From: Camelus ferus
Taxonomy: Eukaryota
Direction of reading: 5' to 3'
Assembly: GCF_009834535.1 (NCBI RefSeq)
Contig: NC_045696.1
Location: 19,532,001 to 19,596,000 of the forward strand
DNA: 64,000 nt
Positions 1 through 13,096 of this stretch are shown here, in pieces. Both the position numbers and the translations under genes were made by a program. The notes below the pieces were generated by a model. It saw only the letters and a program-made list of their open reading frames with translations, was not told where the DNA came from and searched no databases. Numbering within the stretch: the stretch's first letter is position 1; each line of letters opens with the position of its first letter.

Positions 1-2399
1 CAAATTAAAACCTTTTCACTAGTATATCTTCAAGTCCTTGGCTGCACATCTAGAATGTTGCTTATTTTATGCATAATGGAGTGGCTGGGTCATAACAATG
101 GAACACAAACAAGAAAAACTCAGTATTATTGCCTGCATCATCACTATCATCATCATCACAGTAGTATAAACAATGCTGGAGACAATGATGATGATAATAG
201 CTAATGTGATGCTTATGACTGGCCATCAATATTTTAAGCATGTTATATAATTAACAAATTTAATAGCAATTACATTACCTTAGATAATATTATTGACACC
301 ATTTTACCTTTATATTTATCCCCTTTGAGCTGAAAGACTGAAATGTAGGAATTACGTAAACTTTTTCTACATCCTTTTAAGTCTCTTAATTGAAAACTGA
401 ACATTGGTAACAAATTGTCACATATTTGCAACTTTCAAATAACCAAAGTATTATTTAATTGGATTTAGATAATTTCTTTCTCCTTAACTACTGTTTATGT
501 TGACATATATTGTATATATTTAATGTGTACTTAGTTAGAATAATTTTTTAGTTAAATAGGTGATAAATTATCATCAAAATTTAATGCTTTTTACATAATA
601 GGGCAAAATAATTTGAGCCAAGTAGAATAAATAAAGCAATTCAAGTTATGACTAGAAATGAATCACATGTGATACATTTTGGAGCATCGCATCATAGTAA
701 ATGAAAACCAAAAAATGTACAGCCTCTCTTAAAATGATAGTTTATTGACATGGGTTTCCCCTTTTAGACAGTATTTTTTAAGCTAAAAAATGTGTACTCT
801 TTATTTTTGTTTCCCTAGGGTGAATATACTTTAAGCACTAATAACTATCAATTTAATGAAAGAATACGGCAATAAATATAAAGCAGCTGGTACTATACTA
901 TTATGTACAACATTTATGTTACAAATATTTGATAGTTTTATAATAATATTAATGGATTTAATATTATCGGTTAATTTAAAAGTATAATTAAAAGAAGCAA
1001 GAACCCATTGAAAATCGTAGTCTGAATGTGAAACATCATACCTAACAAAATTAATCAAGGAAGCAATTTTTAACCTTTTATGTTTATTTAAAATTTTTTT
1101 TATTGTCAATTTGATTAAATAGGTAACTACACAGTTTCTCAGACACCTATAATTCTAATTCAGCCAAGTGAACAAATCTGTGATAGTGCCTTTGATTTTG
1201 ATTTTCCAAAATAAAACTCTAAATTTAGGAAGAAACAAAATACAGATTTTAGGATATCGATTACATGCAAAAATATCTTTGGGATTTCCCAGAGAGCTTC
1301 TGAAAAATCACAGATATGTGTATCTTCTTCTCCTCAGAAAAAGAGAGATGTTAGAAATAAGCTTGTCTCTGTGGATATAACTTCACAGTGGAAAAGTTTT
1401 TACTCATTCTAGAAAAGAATATCTAATTGTGCCAAACCAAAAAAAATTAAATAAAATTTTAAAATAAATGTGCAAATATCCAAATAACATTGTTATCTTG
1501 GTTTATTAAGATATGATCTGGAATTTTTACATATCTAATTCTTATTATTAGGTAAAAACTAAAATAAAGATCTTTTTTAAATAATTAAAATAAGCAATTA
1601 TAATGAGAAATATTGCACAGGGCAAGAAAAATTTTTAAATCAATTATTTTAGCATTGATGACCCAGAGTATTGGTAACAAAAATTAACCATAGTAAGAAG
1701 TTTGAGAAAATCACACACACATACAAATTAATGCATCAAAAAATAGGATGTATTTTATGGTATTAGACTGCCTGCATTGATAATTGCTCTTATAATCACA
1801 GGAGACTTTTCAGCAGGCCCAAGAAAAATCAAAATTTCCTAAACATGATTATCATTGAATTATTTGTATCTATAGGAACTCTCTGAAATCTTGCTATTTA
1901 TGAAGCATTCTGAGATACCAACAGTTATAAAAATCCAACAGAAGATTTTTTTCTCTATTACTGCTCAGCTGTATAATCTCTGTGACACATATTTAATTAT
2001 AAGTGCATTAAATTATATGTTATTTTGTACTTTCTATGTTGTTCCATATAGGTAGACTCCAGTTTTCTAGATACAGTGTAATATTTTATGTCCTTTCAAT
2101 CATTTTGCATCTTTGAAAAACACTAATAATATACTATTTCTAGCGTCATACAATGAATATTATGAAACTAGGTAATGATTATGAAGGTTCTTAAATGAAG
2201 ATACAGAAGTATCATTTACTTCTTTAATGTCCTTAAAACAACTTATTGAAAATTATGTTGGTTTTTCTTATTCAATATGCGATGATTATGTAAGCAAGTC
2301 TAAAGCAATTTAGAGAAACATGTAAACGTAACTATTTTCACAACCTGAATATTCTTTTTAAATTAACTACCTGAAATTTCACTCATAGGCATGTGCTTC

Positions 2400-2786
2400 T
2401 GATATGGCTGATTTTATTCAGCAAATATTCTCTCCAAAAGCCCTCCCAGTAGAAGAGGGGTGTATTTCCCTGCTGGATTGATGTTAGGCTTAACCACATG
2501 ACATGAGCAAACACTTACAAGTTGCTTTCATTATTGAGTTGTTCTCTCATGTTTCTGCCATCACCGTGATATAGCTTCTTCCCTCTAGTGGCCACCTCTG
2601 CAGCCTGGTTTCTAGTGTTACTGGACTGTCACATGGAGTTAAGCATTGCTGGTTGAAGCAGAGCTCCCTATTCAAGGGCCGCCTGGGTCAGCCAATTCCA
2701 ACTGAGCATGAGAATTAATATTGCCTGTCACTGACTTTGGGAGTGTTTATTATGTACATTTATTGTGACATTAGCTGATGGAATAC
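2400..2786 (+). mobile_element. Old MaLR solo LTR (MLT1I/J-like)
   Basis: Recognisable MLT1 motifs (ttcagcaaatatt..., gatgttaggcttaaccacatgac, 3' ...ttattgtgacattagctgatggaatac). Subfamily assigned by eye. Confidence 0.6.
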
Positions 2787-2789
2787 CCA

Positions 2790-3005
2790 TTTCCCTGCCC
2801 TACTTTATTTATTTTTTCCCTTAGCCATTTTCCCTGATTCTTATACTATATAGTTTGCTATTTTGTTTTATCACTGGTTTTCCTTGCTAGAATGTAAGGT
2901 CCATAAAGTCAAGTGTTCTTGCTTGCTTTATTATAATTCTACATAGTTAACACCTGGAAAAGTGCTTGGTGTGTAGTGCACGCCTGATAAATACTGTTGA
3001 ACGAA
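2790..3005 (+). mobile_element. L2 LINE 3' end fragment
   Basis: ctagaatgtaagg...gtgcttggtgtgtagtgcacgcctgataaatactgttgaa resembles the L2 3' terminus. Confidence 0.6.
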
Positions 3006-3253
3006 AAAAAAAATGTAATTAAGATCCCAACCTCAGTAGGCTTAAATTCATAAAATAAGTTTAGACCCATCTCTTCCTCTTTACATATCAGGAAACTGAA
3101 GCTTGGGTAATTAAATGATGTGACCAATGACTTAGAATCAGATCAAGCAGATTCATTAATATCTAAGACCAGCTGCTAATACTAAGACATTTAAATATTA
3201 TTTTAGTAAAGCCCAATATATATATGAACTATGTATATAAATTTTATGTGTTT

Positions 3254-3293
3254 GTGTATATATATATATGTATGCAAGTATATGTGTATGTAT

Positions 3294-3325
<32 letters not shown>

Positions 3326-3348
3326 GTGTGTGTATATATATATATATA
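3254..3348. repeat. Compound (TA)n/(TG)n microsatellite
   Basis: Directly visible alternating TA and TG tracts. Confidence 0.95.
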
Positions 3349-3756
3349 AACTAGATAGCAGTTTAAATCATCACAAATTGTGAGCTGGCTTAAGTCCATG
3401 GACAGGTATCAACAATACATTCACAATATTAGGAAAAGCTAGTCCTTGCCTTTGCTTCACTGAAATTAGGTAACAACATTGAGAGGATTTAAGGATTTAT
3501 GGCTACAGAGCTCTGGCTGCTGGGATTCAAGTTGTTAGAATGGTCTTTTTCAAGAAAAGTACCTTAACTTTGGATGGTCATGCTATTAAGGACTAAGGGG
3601 TCAGGTAGTAACTCCAACAAGGTAAACCTGCTGGCACCACATGCTAAGGAAGAGGAGGATGTGGTCCCAGTGTGCAGCCTCATCCTGCGAAGTTCTGTGC
3701 TAGTTCCCTCTGTGAGGTGGTCCTCTCTGTCAAATCCAGAAAGATCATTCCCAGAA

Positions 3757-4083
3757 ATGAATTTTTGTGTCTCCTCCAAATTGATATGTTGATCCCCAAT
3801 ACTCAGTGTGACTGTATGTGTAGGTGGGGCCTTTGGAAGGCATTAATTTTAGATGACGTAATCACCAGGATTAACACCCTTGAAGAAGGAGGAAGAGATT
3901 GGAGGTGTCTCTCTTCCCACCTTCATGCCCCAAGGAAAGGCCACGTGAAGACATATCACCAAGACCCTGAGTAGTCTGGCATCTTGATCTTGGCCTTCCA
4001 GCCTCCAGAGTCATGAAAATTAAATGGCTGTCTTTAAGCCACCCAGTTTATGAGATTTCGGCATAGCAGTCCAAGCTAAGACA
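3757..4083 (+). mobile_element. MaLR solo LTR (MLT1A-like)
   Basis: Typical motifs ggtggggcctttggaagg, aaggaaaggccacgtgaagaca, ggcatcttgatcttggccttccagcctccaga, tttaagccacccagt, ending ...gctaagaca. Confidence 0.8.
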
Positions 4084-7000
4084 TTCACTGTACCAGTGAG
4101 AACTAGGATCCCTGCGACACGGTCTTCATTCTAGAGGAGGGGCAGAAAGCTGTGGCAAATTGTAGGGAGAGTTTGATATTTCTGGACAATTAAGTTACGC
4201 AGGTGCCAAGAGCTAGTGATAAATCCAGTAGTTACACAAAATGACTAATATTTGTTTGTTCATGTCTAAGATTTATCCTCTAAAAGGGTATTTCCTAAAA
4301 TTCCTTAACTTTTCATCGTCATAATCTCTGAAGTACATTTTAACATGATTTAATCTAAATCAAATGATATCTGTCAGAGATAGACAAAAATGTGCTAAAA
4401 CTAGAGTAAATTATAGTATCTGTGCACATGAAGAATGTGATATTTCAAATTTTCCCAAAAGGCTCATGTAAAGTTTGGGTTAAAAAAATACAGCTGAGCA
4501 GTAAGAGATTTTTTTCACCTTTCTCTTTTAATGTCCTTGTTCTTCTTATCTTCTGGATGTAGAGATACACTTTATATTTCTTTCAGATGCTGTCCTTGAA
4601 ATCATCATGCTGGATATAAAATCTAAATAGTTGCTGACATTAGAATCAATTTACTTCTGCAAATGAGCCATCTTCTTTAAAGTCTGAACAATTTAAATGT
4701 ATTTTGGTGAATGGACAAGGTAGGTCATAAGACAAGATTTTAATCACAGGTATAAAATGTGTGTCTGCTATCAATAAGGAATTTTTCTTATTTCTAAGAG
4801 TATACTGAGATACTTTTTTTAAATGTTAAAATCGTGGTCAGATCTTCCCTCTACTGCATCCTGTACATGCAGCAGAGCACGCTATTGGAATTAGTTATTT
4901 TGAGAGATTGCAAAACGTAAGAAAATAATTGTGTGATAAAACAAAGTTTTATTAATTCTATGGAATCCATATAAGTATGGAAGTAACATGAATCTATGTT
5001 ATAAGAGTAATTCATATCTCTATATCCTTAAAAGGTTTTTGACATTTTGCTAATGACTTTCATACCACAGAAGAAAAATTCATTTAGATATTGCTGTTTA
5101 TCTAGTAAGAAATAAAAGCAGGTGCAGAGAGCTCAATGGGAAAAAATGTAAATGAAAAGTTCAGTATTTCTTAACAGGCATTGTTACCACGTAGCTGTTA
5201 AATTAAACTTATCACATAAAATAATTAAGTCTAATAGGTAATAAGTAATGAGCACCTAGTAACACAACTTAATGATATTGTAATTGTAATCAAACATACT
5301 ATGTAATTGGTGCTTACTGTATTAAACTACATGTCACATGCCTGTTATCTCCTTGGTTTTATAAATTGGAACTTTAGTTCAACTTGTGCTTCTTAGAAAG
5401 GGTAATGCCTTTGAAATGTTGAAAATTAAATGGCGGGATGCCAAGGAATCTGCCTAAACTGAAACACAAAAGAGGTTTTGAACAACAAAAAAAAAGTGCA
5501 GTCTAAACACCTTAAGTTCAGTGCTATAATAATAAATGTGGTTGGTATCAAATTATAAATGGCTCCATTCTTTTCTACTCATTCTTAGCAATAATACAGT
5601 GTAGTTTCCTGAATCACGTAGTAAAGACTATCCTGGTAAAGTTTTTGTCACACTGTATAATTTCTTTGTAATCCTCATAATTTCTATACTGTTTTGAATT
5701 AAAGAAAGAGAATAAAAATATTCTTACCATTTCTAACATATCAATGTTTATTTACACTAATACTTTTTCATGATATTACATTTCATTACATTAAATTTTT
5801 ATTACTATAATATTGTCACTAAATAAAATATCCTATTTTATAATGACACAGGCTTTAATTACCAAGAAATAAGCTTATCTGATAGCGCCAGTACTAATCA
5901 TGGTTGTTGTGTTACATTATCCCACTAGAATTTCTATTAATCTTCATAAAGGAAGAGTATAAGATTTATTACAACCAGTAGTATTGTAGGTGTAAAAAAG
6001 TGTTCCGACTTTCAAAATATAATGACACCAATTCACAACAAAGTTACTTATAAGTGAAATTACTTTTAAGTTTACTTACAAATGAAAGAGAGAAAACTGC
6101 TAAATTTTAAATTATAACCATGGTTACATATTCTAAATGATTATTTAATTCCATACCCCCAAATAATAACTATAGACAAATGATAACATAGTGGCATTTT
6201 TCTCTGTTCCTACCACATGAATAAAGTCTGAATTTTAGCAATGAATGCTATTGAGATGAATAATTATTTTATTTTCTACTTAAGTATGAATTATCTTTTC
6301 ATATTTACATGACTTACCATAAGTTCTCACCATTATGTTCATCCACTTTAAACATTTTTTACATGACTCAGTTTTAATAAATTATAGTAAGTACCTAGAA
6401 GGTGATCTCATATACATACAATAGAGTTTGAGCACATACATGGGCAAATTTACATCTTGCCAAAGTTAAAATTTATGCTTAAATGTAGTATAAGGTTTGA
6501 AAAATGAGCTGGGTTCCCAACATATTTAGTATTGTCCTGGAGTTCATGAGTAAATTTGTGAAAAAACAGAGCATTTTGATTAAAGCATATGAAGACATAC
6601 TATAAAGAATCTGGACTTAATCAAAGAGGAAGCTAGACTTCAAGAGACTTATAAATAATTTGTAACAGATATTTAAAAGGAATTCATCATGGGGAGAAAA
6701 AAAGAGATGGTAGCTTAAGTACAGAATTCATGTGTTTTTAGATCTGCAAGAGAAACTCCTTTTATTTAGAGATTGAAAAAAAAGGAAATATGTCAATTAA
6801 ATGCATGATTAAAATCTGATAGTGTATTTATTCATCTTAAAATATAAAACATTTTCCTTTGCTTTACCTGAAATTCAGTCTACATAAGGAGAATTATTCT
6901 TCTTACAGATAAAGAATACTATTAAAAATCTGAACATCTAACTTTAAGCCTCAGCTAAAGCTGAGGTAGAGAAACAGTGTCTCACAGATCATTGAGACAG

Positions 7001-8112
7001 AAGTTCTAACATATATCTTATTTCTCATTGTTCTTCTCATTGATCATTGAGACAAAAGTTCTAACATACATGTGTCTCACAGATCATTAAGACATGTGAG
7101 TGGAATTCTAGAGATGAGAAAGAGATTAGGACAGGACAAATATTTGAAGACATAGGGTCAAAAACTGCCCAAATATATTGACAAGTACAAAACTACAGAT
7201 TCAAGAAATTCAGTACACTCCAAAAAGGATAAACTCAAAGACAGCCACGTTTAGACACATCCTAGTTAAAGCTATGAATAACTTAAAGGTAAAGAAAATA
7301 ACTTGAAAGCAGCTTTAGAAAAATGACACATGGCATGCAAGGGATATATATTTCAAATTATCATGGATTTATCATCAGAAACCAAGGAGGCTAAAAGACA
7401 GTGAATCACATCAACCCAGATTTCTTTCCAGGGAAAAAAAACCTTCAGGAATGACAGAGAGGGAGAACATTTTCAGATGAAAAAAAAATTATAATAATAG
7501 ACTCTGTCCTGAAAACTATGCTCTACAAGAAATGGGGAAGAATCTTCTGGCTGAAGGTCAATAATAGCAGAGGGAAATCTAGATCTTTGGATGCAGGATG
7601 GAGGAAAGACAAAAAGAAATGGTAAAGGAATAAATAAATAAATAACAGTTTTTTCTCTTCAGTTCCTTAATATATTTATAACTCTTTAAAACAAAAATTA
7701 TCATCATTTCTAGTGAGATTTTCCACGAATATGAATATAGATGTGATACATATGACATCAATAACAAAAACAGATCAGTGTGGAGTACTTATAAAGGTAC
7801 CTATATGGTTGCAAGGTTTTTACATTTAATGTAAAGTGTCAGATTATTAACTCAATATAGACTGCGAAATGTCGAGTTTGTATATTATGACCCTAAAGAA
7901 CATAAGCAAAATAAAACAAGAATAAAACACAATCCAAAGATATACTACCAATACACAAATTAAAATGAAATATTGAAGTTTTCAAACACCTCAAAAGAAG
8001 GCAGGAAAATAAGAGGATAATATGGGAATACAAGGGGTAAAAGCAGAAAAAAATGAAATTGTGGACCTAAATGAAATTATATCAATAACTGCATTAAATA
8101 TAATAATCTAAA

Positions 8113-8330
8113 CATAATGGTTGGCAAACTATGGCCCATGAGCAAAATATAGCCAAAGAACCTGTTATATGTATTATTTACAGTTAAGAATGACATAAAA
8201 TTTTTTCATGGTTTGTAAGAGGAAAAAAAATCAACAAGTCTTTAAAATGGTTTCTAGGTGACAAAGACCACATAAGGTCTAGCAAAATCTAAAATACATA
8301 TTACTTGACCCATTTATTTCTAACTCCTAG
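8113..8330 (+). mobile_element. hAT-Charlie non-autonomous DNA transposon (MER58-like)
   Basis: Starts ggttggcaaactatggccca and carries the 3' motif gcaaaatctaaaata...ttgaccc. Confidence 0.7.
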
Positions 8331-8578
8331 TTTAAACACTCCAATTATAAGGTAGAGATTGACAGAGTGGATTAAAAAAAACCACTATTTTATCATACTC
8401 TGTCTAAAAAGACACATTTTAACTTCATGTAAAATATAACTGGGTGAAAAGTACATGAGTGGAAAGGGTATACAAACAATAAGCATCTGAGCACTTGAAC
8501 AGCTATTTGAATATTAGGTAAAATATATTGAGTCAGAAATTGGTGGAGAAAATCAATAATTCATGACGAAAACATACA

Positions 8579-9066
8579 TGGGAGAGAGGACAATGATCCC
8601 CTAAACATATTCACAGCATAATCTCCAGATCCGGTAAGCATGTTACTTCACATGGCAAAAGGAAATTTGCAACAGGGATTAAGTTAAGGGCTTTGAGTTA
8701 AGATTATGCTGGATTATCCAATGTGGGTCCAATGGCAGGGAAGTCAGAGAAAGAGATGTGAGGAAGGAAAGAGTCAAAGTGATGTGATGTGACAGACTCA
8801 ATCTGCCATTGCTAGCTTTGGAGATGTAAGCAGGCTGCCAGCCAGGAAGGTGGGCATATTCTAGAAACCGAAAAAGACAAGAAAAGGGAATCTCGCATAG
8901 AGCCTTCACAAAGGAGCACAACCCAAGGGACACTCTGATTTTATCCCAGTGAGCATCACTTCCAACCTGTGACCTCAAGAAATGTAAAATAATAAATATA
9001 GTTGTGTTTTTTTACAGCAATTACGTTCATGATCATTGGTTACAGCAACAGTAGGAAACTAAGAGA
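8579..9066 (+). mobile_element. MaLR solo LTR (MLT1D/E-like)
   Basis: Motifs tgttacttcacatggcaaaagg, gattatgctggattatcca, gccattgctagctttggagatg, ending ttacagcaacagtaggaaactaa. Confidence 0.85.
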
Positions 9067-9663
9067 AGATACAAACTACAAATACGTATTGTGTCACTGA
9101 GCCTCAAAATACGTGATGCAAAAAATCAAATGGATTAACAAGAGAGAAAAAACTTGCAATCATGGCAGAAGATTTTAACAACCCTCACTCCGATAGAAGA
9201 AAACAAATTCAGTAAAGATATAGAAGATTTAAACAACACTGTCACTCACCTTGATCTAATGGATATTTATAGAGCACAGCATTCTATGACTGCAAAATAC
9301 ATATTTTTCTCAAGTACAATTTATGTATTCACCAGATAGATCATATTCTAGGATTTAAACCTCAATAAATATAAAAATCAAAATCATACAAAGGGTATTT
9401 TCTAAGTACAACTGAATTAACTTAGAAGTAACAGCAAAATAGCTAGGAAAACACTAAATACCTGGAAGTTAAACATATTCTTATAAATAATTATTGAAAT
9501 CACAAGGAAAAATAGAACCTAATTTTGATTGAAAACAAAGAGAAACAAAGCATATTACTATTTGTGGGATGCAGTTAAAGTGCTACTTAGAAATTCCAGA
9601 CAAATTAAAGCTGAATAAACAAATTTGCAAGCCTAAAGCAAAGGAGGACTGCATCAGAGATCA

Positions 9664-9775
9664 AAAAATGTATGTTTGTATACGTATAACTGAACTGCTT
9701 TGCTACACATCTGAAACTAAAACTGTAAATCAATTATACTTCAATAAAAAATTTTTTTAAGTTAAAGAAAAAAAC
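9664..9775 (+). mobile_element. Short 5'-truncated L1 3' terminus (cetartiodactyl-type)
   Basis: tataactgaactgctttgctacacatctgaaactaa...tgtaaatcaattatacttcaataaaaa followed by an A-rich tail. Confidence 0.75.
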
Positions 9776-10273
9776 AACTGTACTTTGTTAGCAATCAGTC
9801 CTTGAAAAATAGAATATCCTAAGTATTGTATTTAAAATATTATACAATAACTTGTGAGGTATGTAAAATAATTCAACAAAACTTGAATGAGAAATGAAAT
9901 TCTTACTACACCTGTGAAACACAGGACCATTAGAATTATAAATACGAAGATAAAAATCTAAGGAGGTGTTGAACAACTACTGATAACTAGTATAGTTCAG
10001 TTTATCTTGTGTTTTGGGTTAAATGTTGCGTAAAAATAGTCACAATTTTCAGGATAAGCAATACCAAGGCCATTAAATACATAGCACTGTGAAATCTACC
10101 ACAGCTGCCACTAGATGTCTCTGATAACTGCCTTTGAATGGCTACCTTCCTTCCAAAGTTATGCATTAAATACTGCAACATGAACTACATACGTATTTTG
10201 ATTTTCCTACAAAAATTCGTATTTTTCAAAGCAGAAAAAGTTGTTTCAATAAAAATACAAAATGAGAACTTAC

Positions 10274-10424
10274 ATTCAATGTCAAGGTACATGCTTTTTT
10301 GGTGCCCTCCAATTCTACTTGCAGCTTCACAGTCATATCTCCCTGAATCTGACAACTTCACATCTTTAATATGCAGCGATGAGCTTCCGTGCTGCCCTTT
10401 GACTTCGATACGGCCGTCTGGGCT
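10274..10424 (-). CDS. NCAM2: NCAM2 coding exon (approx. exon 9), C-terminal half of Ig4; 151 nt, phase 0 to phase 1
   Basis: Lies within ORF 10185..10511(-): [50 protein letters not shown], with the Ig D-x-G-x-Y-x-C motif. Acceptor taaacag|AGC, donor GAAT|gtaagt. Confidence 0.98.
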
Positions 10425-11944
10425 CTGTTTACATGGATTCGAGGAAAAGAAACATTTTACACTTGTTTTATGACAAATGATGATGAAACATATGGCATTT
10501 ATCACAGACAAAATACTCTTACCTGGATTAATTTTTTGTAAAAAATGTAGTGTTTCTATATATATACCTTATTGTTTTTAGCTTATCCATTTTATCTGCC
10601 CACTTGCTTACAGCAACACTAACAGTTACATAGTAAAAACTTACACATACATTTTATCCACCTCTTTTATTTAGTATGCTCTTTGCTTTTTATAAAGTAT
10701 GTTCTTCTAGGAAGAATTCTGTTGGCTTCCAATTGTGTTCCTTGCAAACATAAACAAAACAAGGACAATGCCTATTCAATTCAGGCTAAAACCTACCAGT
10801 GAATATGATATGCCTGTGGCACTTTAGTTTCATATTTCACCACGTAAGGAAAGGTACCAAGATGTATGAAAATTAAAGCCTTTAAGAGGAATTTACAGTT
10901 TTCATTTTTGAATGAATGCAACAGCATTGCTCATAAGCACAATGGGTACCATATGCATCACAGACACATTATTAAAACCACAGCACTACCTTAGGAAGTC
11001 AATGGAAACAATGTAGAAATAATCACTTACTCCACATTATGATTCAAATCAAGGAATTGCTTATAATTCAATAGTCTACAGATTATGTTTCAGATAAGAA
11101 TTGTGTACAACATAATTAGCATATCTAAAATTGTTTTCTTAAATCACTTAAACAGCTGTATAGCACACACATTAAAACGTAGACATTTTACTTATTGAAT
11201 CTTACTCTGTACTATCAGGAACTACAGTGAACTTTCAACACTCTAACTCATTTGAAACATGTGCTCTCATATCACTGAATTCATTGTTTTTATATTTGAG
11301 GTTTTAGTGTTCAATAATATATTGTACATCATACATTTAATTGAAATATGTATCCTATTATAAACAGTATAATGGTTATTTAATTTTCTATATGACTGAG
11401 ATTCAAATAAGTTTCAACACATGTGTGCACTTTATCTCATTAAAACTTGGTGTTTAATTATTTCTCCTTTATTAATATCAAAAGACTGACTATCATAAAG
11501 CTGTTTTTCAAACATGTAGTTAATTGGGGCACAATATAATTACTTTCCTTGCTTTTTAATTTTATTTAGGAATGCAATCATTATATAATCCTGTCATTCT
11601 TAATTTATTTACCATCTGAAAAATGGTCTTGAAAACAAAGAAACAAACAAAAGCATCTTAGGGCTATATTATGCAACTTAGATCAAGATTTCTAGGTCAA
11701 AAGTGTGTTCCCCAACTCCCAAGTATTGTTAAAGAAGTAGCAAGGTGAGGCTTTCAAACAGAAGGGCATTCTCTTCTGCCAATTTTTAAGATGTTCAGCT
11801 GCCAAACCCATTTACTTGAGAGAAAAGAAAAGAAAAAAAAAAAAAAAGCAAGAATTTACAGAAAATCAGAATGAATAAACCCGAAAGTAAAATGGCCAAT
11901 TTGTTTTACAAGGTAACTGCCATTCAATAATTAAACGGGTATTC

Positions 11945-12560
11945 TTTGGTCCTTTCCTTACTGCTCCTCAGTTCATCCTTAAATCCTATTAAACTATCCT
12001 TCCTTTCTTCTGCACTGCCATCCCTTGGCTTTCAGAACACTCATGTAATACTGATTTTTCTCCCAGTATCACCTCTTAACTATTCCTTGATTTTGGTTGC
12101 AGCCTCCTCCTCTTCCTGCAGACCTCCACATTCTGTCCTGGACTCTAGCCAGTCAGTACAACCCACTTAGGCGCTCTTATCCCACCCACATCTTCTCTCA
12201 TGATCTCTAGCCAGTCCTTCTTCACCAAGGATCACCCTTTCCCTGGAGCTTCAGAATTAGATATATTGCACGCAGGGCAAGTCCATTTGACGCATATCTC
12301 AAACAAGCACGTGCAGATGAACGCATCACACCCTTACCCCGCATCACCTGCCTTCTTTCTCCCAATTGCCTTTCCTTCCATGAATGATATTAATTCATAT
12401 CTATGCCCCACGACCTCAGTCTTGGATCAGTTTCTGAACTTTTATTTACCTATTTGTATTCTAAATGATGAGAAATCTCAATTTATCATATTGCTTGGCA
12501 TTACCATTTCCAATCTCCAGCAACTGTGTTTCCATAGATCTAGCTGCTCTCTGCCTCCCC
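11945..12560 (+). mobile_element. L2 LINE fragment
   Basis: C/T-rich degraded L2-like body (cccttggctttcagaacact, ccctggagcttcaga, catatctcaaac). Confidence 0.6.
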
Positions 12561-13057
12561 ATTTACAGCCTTAGTTGTGCTGCTGAGTTGGAAGGATATT
12601 GACAGGCATCTCTGGATTTCAGAATGAACAATCACATTCAAGCTGAACGTGACCGAAAAAGACGCCCTGACTCTGCAAAAGCTACCAACATTATGTTATC
12701 TCCTACATTTCTCTAGCAAAAAATCATTCCAGCTGCGGAAATTATTTCTTGTGTAGCTAGAAGTTTTTTTAAAGCAAACTTTTAATTCTGATAACTTTAT
12801 GAAGGTTTCACATCCTTTGTGCTCTACAATCATAAATAACATTGTATCACCTCACAGATAAAACCACAATCCCTCTGCCCAGTGTTTAAGGACTTCTATA
12901 TGTACCTTTCTGCATAAGCACACTTTACAATTTGGATACTGTTAATTTGGATTCCAATTAATTTGAATTACTTGTACTGTCATTCTTGTACTTTCTCTAA
13001 GGAGCCTTCACATATCCATCTCAGATTCCCCCCATGACCCTCTTTATCCCTGGTTGA

Positions 13058-13061
13058 CTAT

Positions 13062-13096
<35 letters not shown>
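13058..13096. repeat. (TTTA)n tetranucleotide microsatellite
   Basis: About nine perfect TATT units are visible. Confidence 0.95.

Larger units (their letters stand above)
7095..9600 (+). mobile_element. Degraded old L1 (ORF1 3' part, inter-ORF, ORF2 endonuclease region), interrupted by a MER58-like element and an MLT1 LTR
   Basis: A-rich L1-like sequence. ORF 9154..9339 (SKDIEDLNNTVTHLDLMDIYR) is L1 ORF2 endonuclease-like. Confidence 0.8.
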
